From Desulfobulbus propionicus DSM 2032 (lineage in GTDB: Bacteria; Desulfobacterota; Desulfobulbia; Desulfobulbales; Desulfobulbaceae): a stretch of 32,000 nucleotides of DNA. The stretch covers positions 3,240,001 to 3,272,000 of the forward strand of contig NC_014972.1 of the NCBI RefSeq assembly GCF_000186885.1, read 5' to 3'. Under the pieces are notes generated by a model. It did no database searches and had not been told where the DNA came from. It was given only the letters and a program-made list of their open reading frames with translations. Positions 8,401 to 16,534 of this stretch are shown here, one piece after another. The stretch's first letter is position 1, and every line of letters begins with the position of its first letter. Made by a program: the position numbers and the translations under genes.

Positions 8401-10155
8401 ATGAGCATCGACCATGAGATTCGGGAAATTTGCAACCGCTACATAGTTGAAAACAAACACAAAGAAAGCCAATATTTCGATGCCATCAAACGCCTCGTGG
8501 CGGCCCGCAATCAGGCCACGGCCACGGATCGGCCGCAATGGCAGGCAGCGATCGACCACGTGTACGAGCTGATTCGGGACGAGATGTTGACCAATGCGGG
8601 ACAACCTTTGCAACGCATCAAATTCGGCACGTCCGGCTGGCGGGGCACCCTGGGCAAGGATCTCTTTGTCCGCTCGGTGGCGGTGGTCACCGCCGCCATT
8701 CTCGGCCTTTACCGGGAAGCCGAGACCAATGCGGCAATGCGTCTTGCCCTGGGCGTGCACAGTTTTGCTGAAATGCAGCGGCGCGGCGGCGTGGTCGGTT
8801 TTGACAACCGTTTCGGCGGTCCCTTGCTGGCCCAAGCTGTGGTCAATGTTCTCTGTGCCAATGGGGTCAAGGTATTCTATGCCGGCGAGGCCACCACCGG
8901 GGCACTCTCGGCCTCGGTGCTGATCCACAAGGCAGCCTTCTCCATCAATCTCACCCCAAGCCACAATCCGCTGGAATACGGAGGCTTCAAATATAACGCC
9001 GCCGATGCAGGTCCGGCCTCGCCCCTTCTGACCGATACCATCACTCAACTGGCCCGCGACTACATCGGCAGCCAACGGGTACCGTTCATCCCCGCAGGAC
9101 TGAATCTCGCCCGCTCACTCAGCGAGCTGCCCGCTCTCGTTTCCGAGGATGCCCTGGCCAGTTGGCAGCAACTGGTGCGCAAGGGTTTTGATCGGCACGG
9201 CATTGACTATGACCGGCTGCTGACCGAATTTGCTCATGACCACGACGTGGTGGTGTGCGTCGATGCCGTCCATGGCGCGGCCCGCAACTATATTGCCCGC
9301 CTGCTCGACAATCCGCCCACCAATCGGCTGATTCTGCTGCGCGACACCGAAGACCCCACCTTTGGCGGCATTGCCCCGGAGCCCTCCTCGGCCAACATGC
9401 AGCCCGTGCTCACCACCTTGGCGAGCCGCAGTGAACCGCTGAAAATTGGGGCGATCATTGATCCAGACGGCGACCGTATCCGCTTCACCGACGGCACGGT
9501 TGAGATCTCCATGAATCAGTTCGGAGCCATGGCCTACCATTTCCTCCACGAAATCAAGAAAAAAAAGGGAATGGTGGCGAAGACCGTGGCCTCAAGCAAT
9601 TTGGCAAACGCCCTGGCCGCGCAACTGGGAGAAGAAATTTTTGAGCCCAAAGTCGGATTCAAGGAGTTCAAGCCGGTGATCAACAAGGCATTGGTGTATT
9701 TCGAGGAGTCGGACGGCATTTCCATCACCGGCCACACCCCGGAAAAAGATGCCTTCATCGGACTAATCCTGGCCATCGACATGGTCCTGACACTGCGCAA
9801 GCCCCTGGGGCAATATCTGGCCGACATCGAGGCAGCTTTTGGTCACTACTACCCGGATCGGGACGGTGTCACCGTCAGCAAGCAGGGCGACAGCCTGCTG
9901 CAAGCCCTGGATCAATTGCGGCATTATGGCCCTGGCAGCCATGTCCAGGTGGGGGAAGACCTGAAAACCATCACCCAGGTCATCGACATCGACGGCCGCA
10001 AAATGATCCTTGACGATGGTTCTTGGATCATGATCCGGCCCTCAGGCACCGAACCCAAGGTTCGGTTTTATGTGGAGGCGAGAAGCCGGGAGGAAACAGC
10101 CCTGCTGGTAAAAAGTGCCAAATCGATGCTTGCCGAAACCGGACTCCTGCCCTAA
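8401..10155 (+). CDS. Alpha-D-phosphohexomutase family protein (phosphoglucomutase/phosphomannomutase)
   Basis: All four family motifs are present: catalytic Ser loop TPSHNPLEYGG, Mg loop DPDGDR, sugar loop EESDG and phosphate loop RPSGTEP. ATG 8401 is preceded by GGGAGCGCGAGG. Confidence 0.9.
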   Translation: MSIDHEIREICNRYIVENKHKESQYFDAIKRLVAARNQATATDRPQWQAAIDHVYELIRDEMLTNAGQPLQRIKFGTSGWRGTLGKDLFVRSVAVVTAAILGLYREAETNAAMRLALGVHSFAEMQRRGGVVGFDNRFGGPLLAQAVVNVLCANGVKVFYAGEATTGALSASVLIHKAAFSINLTPSHNPLEYGGFKYNAADAGPASPLLTDTITQLARDYIGSQRVPFIPAGLNLARSLSELPALVSEDALASWQQLVRKGFDRHGIDYDRLLTEFAHDHDVVVCVDAVHGAARNYIARLLDNPPTNRLILLRDTEDPTFGGIAPEPSSANMQPVLTTLASRSEPLKIGAIIDPDGDRIRFTDGTVEISMNQFGAMAYHFLHEIKKKKGMVAKTVASSNLANALAAQLGEEIFEPKVGFKEFKPVINKALVYFEESDGISITGHTPEKDAFIGLILAIDMVLTLRKPLGQYLADIEAAFGHYYPDRDGVTVSKQGDSLLQALDQLRHYGPGSHVQVGEDLKTITQVIDIDGRKMILDDGSWIMIRPSGTEPKVRFYVEARSREETALLVKSAKSMLAETGLLP

Positions 10156-10163
10156 TGTAGCAA

Positions 10164-10214
10164 ATTGAATTTTATCCCTTCTCGCCTGCATCGTGGCAAC
10201 GGGATGAATTCAAT
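10164..10214 (+). other. Imperfect hairpin / inverted repeat in the pgm-nifU spacer
   Basis: attgaatt..atccc (10164-10178) pairs with gggat.aattcaat (10201-10214), giving 13 bp (8 + 5 with a small bulge) and a 22-nt loop. No U-tract follows. Confidence 0.4.
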
Positions 10215-10245
10215 CATCGAAAATCATCAACACAGAGAACCGGTC

Positions 10246-11082
10246 ATGTGGGAATATACTGATAAGGTCCAGGAACATTTCATTAATCCAAAAAACGTCG
10301 GCGAGATCGAGGATGCCGACGGAGTGGGCAATGTTGGCTCCATTGCCTGCGGCGACGCCTTGCGACTGACGATCAAGGTGGATGAAAATCAAGTGATCAC
10401 CGATGCCAAGTTCAAGACCTTTGGATGCGCCTCGGCCATCGCCTCCTCCTCCATGCTCACCGAGATGCTCAAAGGCATGAAGCTGGAAGATGCGAAAAAA
10501 CTGACCAACGACGATATCGCCAAGGCCCTCGGCGGTCTGCCCAAGGAAAAGATGCACTGTTCGGTGATGGGTCGCGAAGCCCTGGAGGCAGCCATTGCCG
10601 ATTATACCGGCGTCATGCTGCCCATGGCCCAGGGCGAGGTGGTGTGCGAGTGTTTTGGAGTCACCGACCTGGAAATCATCCGGGCCATCAAGGAAAACGC
10701 ACTCACCTCGGTGGAGGACATCACCAACTTCACCAAGGCCGGCGGCGGCTGCGGCAAATGTGAGGGCAAACTGCGCGCCCTGCTCGCCGAGACCGTTGAG
10801 GGACAGCCGGCGCAGCCCTTTGGCGCCACCAAGAAGAAACGCATGACCAGTTTGGAGAAGATCAAAAAGATCGAGGAGGTCATCGAGCGCGAGATCAAAC
10901 CCACCCTGAAGAAGGATGGCGGTGACATCCAGCTGATCGACGTGGATGGCGATTTCGTCACCGTGTCACTGCGCGGCTCCTGCGCCAACTGCTATTCCTC
11001 ACGGACCACGCTCAAGGAATACGTGGAGAAAAAACTACGCGAACAGGTTCTGGAGAGCCTGATAGTCGAGGAGGACAGATAA
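10246..11082 (+). CDS. nifU: Fe-S cluster assembly scaffold NifU (three-domain form)
   Basis: MWEYTDKVQEHFINPKNVG...GSIACGDALRL...FGCASAIASSS...HCSV is the IscU-like domain. The central CECF...GGGCGKC is a BFD-like 2Fe-2S module. The C-terminal GGDIQLIDVDG...GSCANC is the NifU domain. Start chosen at the family-typical MWEY. Confidence 0.92.
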   Translation: MWEYTDKVQEHFINPKNVGEIEDADGVGNVGSIACGDALRLTIKVDENQVITDAKFKTFGCASAIASSSMLTEMLKGMKLEDAKKLTNDDIAKALGGLPKEKMHCSVMGREALEAAIADYTGVMLPMAQGEVVCECFGVTDLEIIRAIKENALTSVEDITNFTKAGGGCGKCEGKLRALLAETVEGQPAQPFGATKKKRMTSLEKIKKIEEVIEREIKPTLKKDGGDIQLIDVDGDFVTVSLRGSCANCYSSRTTLKEYVEKKLREQVLESLIVEEDR

Positions 11083-12266
11083 TGGGCTCCCCAGAACATG
11101 TTATTTATATGGACAACAACGCCACCACCCGGATCGCCCCCGAGGTGTTGGAGGCGATGATGCCTTACCTGACCGAATGGTACGGCAACCCTTCCTCGAT
11201 GCACACTTTTGGCGGCCGGGTCGGCCAGGCGATCAACCAGGCCCGGCAATCGGTGGCTAACCTGCTGGGAGCCGCCCCCGAAGAGATTGTCTTCACCAGT
11301 TGCGGCACGGAAAGTGATTCCACCGCCATTCTCTCCGCCCTGCAGACCTATCCCGAAAAAAACCATGTGGTCACCACCAGAGTGGAGCATCCGGCGGTCA
11401 AGAACCTATGCGATAACTTGGAGATCTTCACCGGTCGCAAGTATCATACCACCCGGCTGCAGGTTGACGCCGACGGCTCCATCGACCTGCAACGCTACAA
11501 GGACAGCCTCACCGATGAGACCGCCATTGTCAGCGTCATGTGGGCCAACAACGAAACCGGGGTGATTTTTCCCGTCGAGGAAATGGCGCGGATTGCCAAG
11601 GAACGCGGCATCCTGTTCCATACCGATGCGGTGCAGGCAGTAGGTAAGGTTCCGATCAACCTCAAGGAAACAGCCATCGATTTCCTTTCCTTGTCTGGAC
11701 ATAAACTCCATGCGCCCAAGGGCGTCGGCGTGCTGTATCTACGCAAAGGCACTCCTTTTATCCCCTTTCTCAACGGCGGCCACCAGGAACATGGTCGGCG
11801 CGGCGGCACGGAGAATGTGGCCTCCATCGTAGGGCTGGGCAAGGCCTGTGAGCTAGCCGGGGCCAAAATGGAGGAGGAAAACACCAGGGTTCGGGCCCTG
11901 CGCGACAAGCTGGAAACGGGGCTGCTCACCTCCATCCCCAAATCCCTGCGCAACGGTCATGCGGAGCAGCGCCTGCCTAACACCGCCAATATCAGTTTTG
12001 AATATGTCGAGGGTGAGGCGATTCTGCTTCATATGAATCAATACGGTATCTGCGCTTCCTCAGGCTCCGCCTGCACATCAGGTTCACTGGAACCGTCCCA
12101 TGTGCTTCGGGCCATGGGCGTACCCTTTACCGCTGCGCATGGTTCTATCCGCTTCAGTCTCTCGGTGTACAACACCGAAGAAGAGGTCGACTTCGTCCTC
12201 GACAAAATGCCGGCCATCATCGCCAAACTGCGTGAGCTTTCTCCCTTTTGGGATGAAAACAAGTAG
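11082..12266 (+). CDS. nifS: Cysteine desulfurase NifS
   Basis: IYMDNNATT at the N-terminus, the PLP-Lys motif SLSGHKLHAPKG and the active-site loop SSGSACTSG are present. The start overlaps the nifU stop (TAATG). Confidence 0.95.
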   Translation: MGSPEHVIYMDNNATTRIAPEVLEAMMPYLTEWYGNPSSMHTFGGRVGQAINQARQSVANLLGAAPEEIVFTSCGTESDSTAILSALQTYPEKNHVVTTRVEHPAVKNLCDNLEIFTGRKYHTTRLQVDADGSIDLQRYKDSLTDETAIVSVMWANNETGVIFPVEEMARIAKERGILFHTDAVQAVGKVPINLKETAIDFLSLSGHKLHAPKGVGVLYLRKGTPFIPFLNGGHQEHGRRGGTENVASIVGLGKACELAGAKMEEENTRVRALRDKLETGLLTSIPKSLRNGHAEQRLPNTANISFEYVEGEAILLHMNQYGICASSGSACTSGSLEPSHVLRAMGVPFTAAHGSIRFSLSVYNTEEEVDFVLDKMPAIIAKLRELSPFWDENK

Positions 12267-12275
12267 CGTCCCTTT

Positions 12276-12316
12276 CAGCGCCGCCTGCTCACCAGGCGAC
12301 GCTGTTTTTGTTTTTT
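12276..12316 (+). terminator. Rho-independent terminator after nifS
   Basis: cagcgccgcctg / caggcgacgctg forms a 12-bp stem with one mismatch and a 5-nt loop, followed by tttttgtttttt. Confidence 0.75.
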
Positions 12317-12334
12317 CCAACCCGCCGGTTTCCC

Positions 12335-13267
12335 ATGCGTATCGTTGAGCCATGCTTCACCATCCTTGATGAACTGGACCAGCAAAGCCTGGCTGTCCGG
12401 ATCGAATACTGCGGCCGCATCTGCTACAAGAGCGAAAACCGGATCGACAGGAATTCCGCGATCCCCTTTGTTCGTAAAATGGCGGAATACGGTCACAACT
12501 CAGTTTTGGAAATGGGGGTGGTCACTTTCATGGTCACCTGCGCCACGTTTGAACCGCTCCAAGCCCTGTATTTTCTTCAACCCAAATTCCTCCAGATCGA
12601 CCAACTGGAAAGCCATTGCCTGATCATCACCGGTTCCATCCGCGCGTTTCGCGAAATGCTGATCAACCACCCCGGGGACGGCATTTCCCGGTCCATCGGG
12701 CTGTTTCTGCGCGATCGTCACCCCTATTTCTTCGAAGCCCTTCCCGTCAGCGAAACAGCGCCGCCACAAGGGATCAGCGTCGAAAAGGTCCCGCTGTCGG
12801 CAGTGGAACAATTTGCGCCGCAACTGCTCGCCAAGCATCGTCACCTGGCGGTCAAATTCATCGTCAGCCGGGCGGTGACCCATGAGTTGGTCCGTCATCG
12901 CCCCTGTACCTTTCTGCAGGAGAGCCAGCGCTACTGCCGCTATTCCGCCGATAAATTTGGCAATGAAGTATCCTTCATCAAGCCGGTGTTCTTTGAGCCG
13001 CAAAGCGAGGAGTTCGCCATTTGGCGGCAATCCATGGAAGCCATGGAACAGCAGTATTTCCGTCTTCTTGAAACCTCTACCCCCCAGGCGGCGCGGACCG
13101 TGCTGCCTAATTCGTGCAAAACTGAAATCATCGTCTACACCAATCTCCTGGAATGGCGACATATCTTCAATCTCCGCACCGCAGCAGCAGCGGAACCCTC
13201 GATGCGGGAAGTCATGATTCCTCTGCAACAGGCCATGCAGGACCGCTATCCCTCCATTTTCCTCTGA
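12335..13267 (+). CDS. thyX: FAD-dependent thymidylate synthase ThyX (long form, 310 aa)
   Basis: It carries the ThyX signature HELVRHRPCTFLQESQRY (RHRxx[S/T]xxxxSxRY), plus GHNSVLE and the C-terminal LEWRHIFNLR. Confidence 0.9.
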   Translation: MRIVEPCFTILDELDQQSLAVRIEYCGRICYKSENRIDRNSAIPFVRKMAEYGHNSVLEMGVVTFMVTCATFEPLQALYFLQPKFLQIDQLESHCLIITGSIRAFREMLINHPGDGISRSIGLFLRDRHPYFFEALPVSETAPPQGISVEKVPLSAVEQFAPQLLAKHRHLAVKFIVSRAVTHELVRHRPCTFLQESQRYCRYSADKFGNEVSFIKPVFFEPQSEEFAIWRQSMEAMEQQYFRLLETSTPQAARTVLPNSCKTEIIVYTNLLEWRHIFNLRTAAAAEPSMREVMIPLQQAMQDRYPSIFL

Positions 13268-13373
13268 TTTCCCCCTCACCTCTCCGGCGACACGAGGCGG
13301 GCGATACGTTCAACTTCGAGTTGCGCCTTTGCCGCTCGTCTCCTTGCCTTTTGGGGGAACGGATGCTTCCTTT

Positions 13374-13402
13374 TTGACCACGGGTCTGTTTTGTAGTACA
13401 CT
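13374..13402 (+). promoter_or_regulatory. Candidate sigma70 promoter for the MshE-like ATPase / GT2 pair
   Basis: TTGACC (13374-13379), a 17-nt spacer, then TACACT (13397-13402). Confidence 0.4.
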
Positions 13403-13447
13403 ACCTGAAAATTCCCTAATTTCCGACTTCAAGGTCTCTTGGCAGCG

Positions 13448-15694
13448 ATGGCGATAAAACCTGGACAACAATTCACTGACTCGCAGAGAAGCTCCATGAA
13501 ACGGACGGTCAAGGATCAGTCCGGAGCCGGCAAACTGAAAATCGGCGAACTGTTGAGCAAGGCTGGTTACATTACCGCTACACAGTTTGAGGAAGCCAAG
13601 GCAATTCAAAAGAAAACCGGGGAGCGATTGGGCCGCATTCTTTTGGAAAGCGGCGCCATCGAACGGGATACGATTGCCAACTTCCTCAGCAGGATGCACA
13701 ACTATCCCCTTGTTGTCATCGATCAGGAGGCGCCGAGCAGGGAGGCCCTGGACCTGGTTCCCTATGAAACCGCCAAGCGTTTCATGGCCTTCCCCCTGCG
13801 GCTGGCTGGCAACACCCTCCAGGTGACCATGGCGGAGCCCACCGATTCGCTGGATGTTGAACAACTTCAGGATGTTGTCCAGAAGAGCCTCAACGTCTGC
13901 GTGTCGACCGCCAAGGATATCATCGACGCCTATAAAAAATATTATCAAATCAGTGACGAAGAGTATCACTCCTTCTTTAAATTCGAACCGGAAGGCGAAG
14001 AGGACACGGTCACGCAGGTTGATGACTTTGGCGCGCTGGTGTCCGATGCCGCGGAAGATTTCGAGATCGAAAGCAGTGGCGCCGACGAAGGTGCCTATGA
14101 GCAGTTTTCTGCTTCCGACGCGCCGATCATCAAGCTGGTAAATGGCATCTTGGTCAAAGCCGTTCAGGAAGGGGTCAGCGACATCCATATCGAGCCGTTT
14201 GAAAAAACCATGCAGGTCCGCTACCGGAAGGACGGCTCCCTGTTCAAGTCGATGAACCTGCCCCTCACCATCAAAAACGCCATGGCGGCCCGAATGAAGA
14301 TTCTGGCGGGGCTCAACATCACTGAACGCCGTGTTCCCCAAGACGGTCGCATCAAGATCCGCCTGGGCCGGAACAAGGCGGTTGATTTCCGCGTTTCCAC
14401 CTTGCCGTTGCTGCACGGCGAGGGCATTGTTCTTCGTATCCTCGACAAGAGTTCCCTCAACGTCGATCTGACCAAACTCGGGTTCACCGTCGACACCTTC
14501 GCCGCCCTCAAGCGGTGCTTGCAACGCCCCCAAGGCCTGTTGCTGGTCACCGGCCCGACCGGTTCAGGCAAGACGGTCACCCTGTATTCTGCCCTCAACT
14601 CCTTGAACACCGAGGACATCAAGATTCTCACCGCCGAGGACCCGGTGGAATTCAACTTCAAGGGCATCAATCAGGTCAATGTCAACGCCGAGGTCGGCAT
14701 GACCTTTGCCGCGGCCCTCAAGGCTTTTCTTCGCCAGGACCCGGATATCATCATGGTGGGCGAGATTCGCGATATCGAAACTGCGGAAATCGCCATGAAG
14801 GCGGCGATGACCGGCCATCTTGTTTTCTCCACCCTCCATACCAATGATTCGCCGGCCACGGTCAGCCGTATGGTGGATATTGGGATTCCCTCCTACATCC
14901 TGGCGTCGTCCCTGACCATGGTCCTGTCGCAACGACTGGGCAGGCGGTTATGCCAAAAATGCAAAATTCCGGCCGAATACGATCGCCATACCTTACTGAG
15001 CGCTGGTTTCAAGGAAAGCGAACTCGACGACTTGAAGTTGTTCAAGGCCAAGGGATGTCCGGAATGCAACGGCTTGGGCTACCGCGGCCGGGTCGGTTTT
15101 TTTGAGCTGATGGAGGTCACGGAGGCGGTTGCCGAAGCCATTCAGGCCGAGGTTTCGGAGGAGCAACTGCGCAAGGTGGCCATCCAGGAAGGCATGTATA
15201 CCCTGCGCGAGGCAGGCCTGCAAAAGGCCCGTGAAGGCGTCACCAGTCTGGAGGAGGTCCTGAAACGCACCGTGGCGCACGAGGACAGCCTGCCCGCCTA
15301 TCTGGTCAATCCGGATGTGGAAGAGTATGAGGACGGTGACGTTATCATCCAGGAAGGCAACAAGGACAAGGACTTCTTTAAACTGATCAGGGGCAAGGTG
15401 GCGGTTTTGCGTTCCGGGAAAAAGATTGCGGAAATCACCGAGCCCGGCGAGTATTTCGGTGAAATGGCCGCCATCCTGGAAGAACCGCGGTCCGCCTCCA
15501 TCATCTCCGTCGGCCGCTGTACCATCAAACGCTATCCAGGAGACAAGTTGAACGAACTTATTGAAAAATACCCGGAAGTCTCCCGCCATTTGTTTCGCAC
15601 CCTGGTGGAACGGTTGCAGAAAACCGATCGCATCGTGGTGCAGCTCGCCAGCGCGACAAAAATTCGCCCACCCCAGGTCATACGCCAAGCATGA
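13448..15694 (+). CDS. GspE/PilB/MshE-family secretion ATPase with an N-terminal MshEN (c-di-GMP type) module and a C-terminal cyclic-nucleotide-binding domain
   Basis: Tandem MshEN motifs at nt 13538-13696. Walker A GPTGSGKT, Walker B region DPDIIMVGEIRD, His box TGHLVFSTLHTN, and the Zn motif CQKC...CPECNG. A CNB domain with phosphate-binding cassette FGEMAAILEEPRSASI lies at nt 15455-15502. The start is ambiguous among TTG 13439, ATG 13448 and ATG 13496. Confidence 0.9.
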   Translation: MAIKPGQQFTDSQRSSMKRTVKDQSGAGKLKIGELLSKAGYITATQFEEAKAIQKKTGERLGRILLESGAIERDTIANFLSRMHNYPLVVIDQEAPSREALDLVPYETAKRFMAFPLRLAGNTLQVTMAEPTDSLDVEQLQDVVQKSLNVCVSTAKDIIDAYKKYYQISDEEYHSFFKFEPEGEEDTVTQVDDFGALVSDAAEDFEIESSGADEGAYEQFSASDAPIIKLVNGILVKAVQEGVSDIHIEPFEKTMQVRYRKDGSLFKSMNLPLTIKNAMAARMKILAGLNITERRVPQDGRIKIRLGRNKAVDFRVSTLPLLHGEGIVLRILDKSSLNVDLTKLGFTVDTFAALKRCLQRPQGLLLVTGPTGSGKTVTLYSALNSLNTEDIKILTAEDPVEFNFKGINQVNVNAEVGMTFAAALKAFLRQDPDIIMVGEIRDIETAEIAMKAAMTGHLVFSTLHTNDSPATVSRMVDIGIPSYILASSLTMVLSQRLGRRLCQKCKIPAEYDRHTLLSAGFKESELDDLKLFKAKGCPECNGLGYRGRVGFFELMEVTEAVAEAIQAEVSEEQLRKVAIQEGMYTLREAGLQKAREGVTSLEEVLKRTVAHEDSLPAYLVNPDVEEYEDGDVIIQEGNKDKDFFKLIRGKVAVLRSGKKIAEITEPGEYFGEMAAILEEPRSASIISVGRCTIKRYPGDKLNELIEKYPEVSRHLFRTLVERLQKTDRIVVQLASATKIRPPQVIRQA

Positions 15695-16497
15695 ACTACG
15701 TTTCTGTCTACATTATCGCCTATAACGAAGCCGATAAAATCGAGGCGGCCATCAATTCGGTGCTCTGGGCCGACGAAATCGTGGTCGCCGATTCGTTCAG
15801 CCAAGACAACACCGCCGCCATAGCCGAACAGCTTGGGGCCAGGGTTGTGCAGATCCCCTTTCGTGGATTCGGTGATCTACGCAACCAAGCCATGGCCGCC
15901 TGCAGCCACGACTGGATTTTTTCCCTGGACTCGGACGAACGATGTACCCCGGAGGTACGGGATGAGATTCTCGCCTGCCTTGAAGCCCCGCAGGCGGATG
16001 CCTATTATGTACCCCGTCGGAATTATTTCATGGGTCGCTGGATACGGCATTCCGGCTTTTATCCCGACTACCGTCAGCCGCAGCTCTTCAAAAAAGGGGC
16101 ATTGGTTTTCAAAGACGATCCGGTGCACGAGGAATTTTCCATCGTGACCGACCGGCCGGTGGCCTACCTTCACAACGCAATCTGGCAATTTCCCTTCAAA
16201 AAACTCGAGGAGTTGGTGCACAAGGCCAATAAATACTCTACCTTGGGAGCAGAAAAACTGGCCCTGCATGGACGGACGCGCTGTTCCTTATGGACAGCCA
16301 TGCTCCACGGCCTCTGGTCCTTTTGCCACATGTATTTCCTCAAACGTGGCATCCTGGACGGTTGGCCGGGGTTCATCATCGCCTTCTACAACTTCGAGGC
16401 AACATTCTACAAATACGCCAAATTGCACGAGCTGCAAGCCAATTGGCCCGCACCGCCCTCCCCGCCTCTCCGCCGCCACCCCTCGAACCAAGGGTGA
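15691..16497 (+). CDS. Family 2 glycosyltransferase (LPS-core type)
   Basis: VSVYIIAYNEADKIEAAINSV...DEIVVADSFSQDNT...SLDSDE shows the GT2 Rossmann N-terminus with a DxD-like DSD. Its ATG overlaps the upstream stop (ATGA at 15691-15694). Confidence 0.9.
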   Translation: MNYVSVYIIAYNEADKIEAAINSVLWADEIVVADSFSQDNTAAIAEQLGARVVQIPFRGFGDLRNQAMAACSHDWIFSLDSDERCTPEVRDEILACLEAPQADAYYVPRRNYFMGRWIRHSGFYPDYRQPQLFKKGALVFKDDPVHEEFSIVTDRPVAYLHNAIWQFPFKKLEELVHKANKYSTLGAEKLALHGRTRCSLWTAMLHGLWSFCHMYFLKRGILDGWPGFIIAFYNFEATFYKYAKLHELQANWPAPPSPPLRRHPSNQG

Positions 16498-16509
16498 TGC
16501 CGCACCACG

Positions 16510-16534
16510 CATGCCTGCTCAACGAGCAGGCATG
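16510..16534. terminator. Perfect 11-bp hairpin at the convergent GT2/GT9 junction
   Basis: catgcctgctc-aac-gagcaggcatg. It overlaps the last codons and the stop of the minus-strand GT9 gene. There is no U-tract on either side. Confidence 0.55.

Noticed and set aside
10165-10245. Longer nifU start (10165 or ATG 10204) given by the ORF track
   Set aside because: The extension would translate through the hairpin at 10164-10214 and adds residues not found at NifU N-termini. The family-typical MWEY start at 10246 is preferred.
10246-12266. nifU-nifS as evidence for a nitrogen-fixation island
   Set aside because: No nifHDK or nifENB genes are present. NifU/NifS pairs serve as the housekeeping Fe-S assembly system in many anaerobes. 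The flanking genes (pgm-family, thyX) are housekeeping.
13278-13287. Search for a PyrR-binding RNA loop (UCCAGAGAGG-type); the closest match is ccggagaggt on the minus strand
   Set aside because: It has a mismatch at a core position and lies on a strand with no downstream gene. pyrR itself has no leader because it overlaps purN. No pyr biosynthetic genes are in the window.
13310-14533. 407-aa minus-strand ORF overlapping the 5' half of the ATPase gene
   Set aside because: It lies antisense to a gene with unmistakable MshEN and Walker motifs. Its translation is Gly/Arg/Leu/Asp-rich with no recognisable motif. This is the typical stop-free antisense frame of GC3-rich coding DNA.
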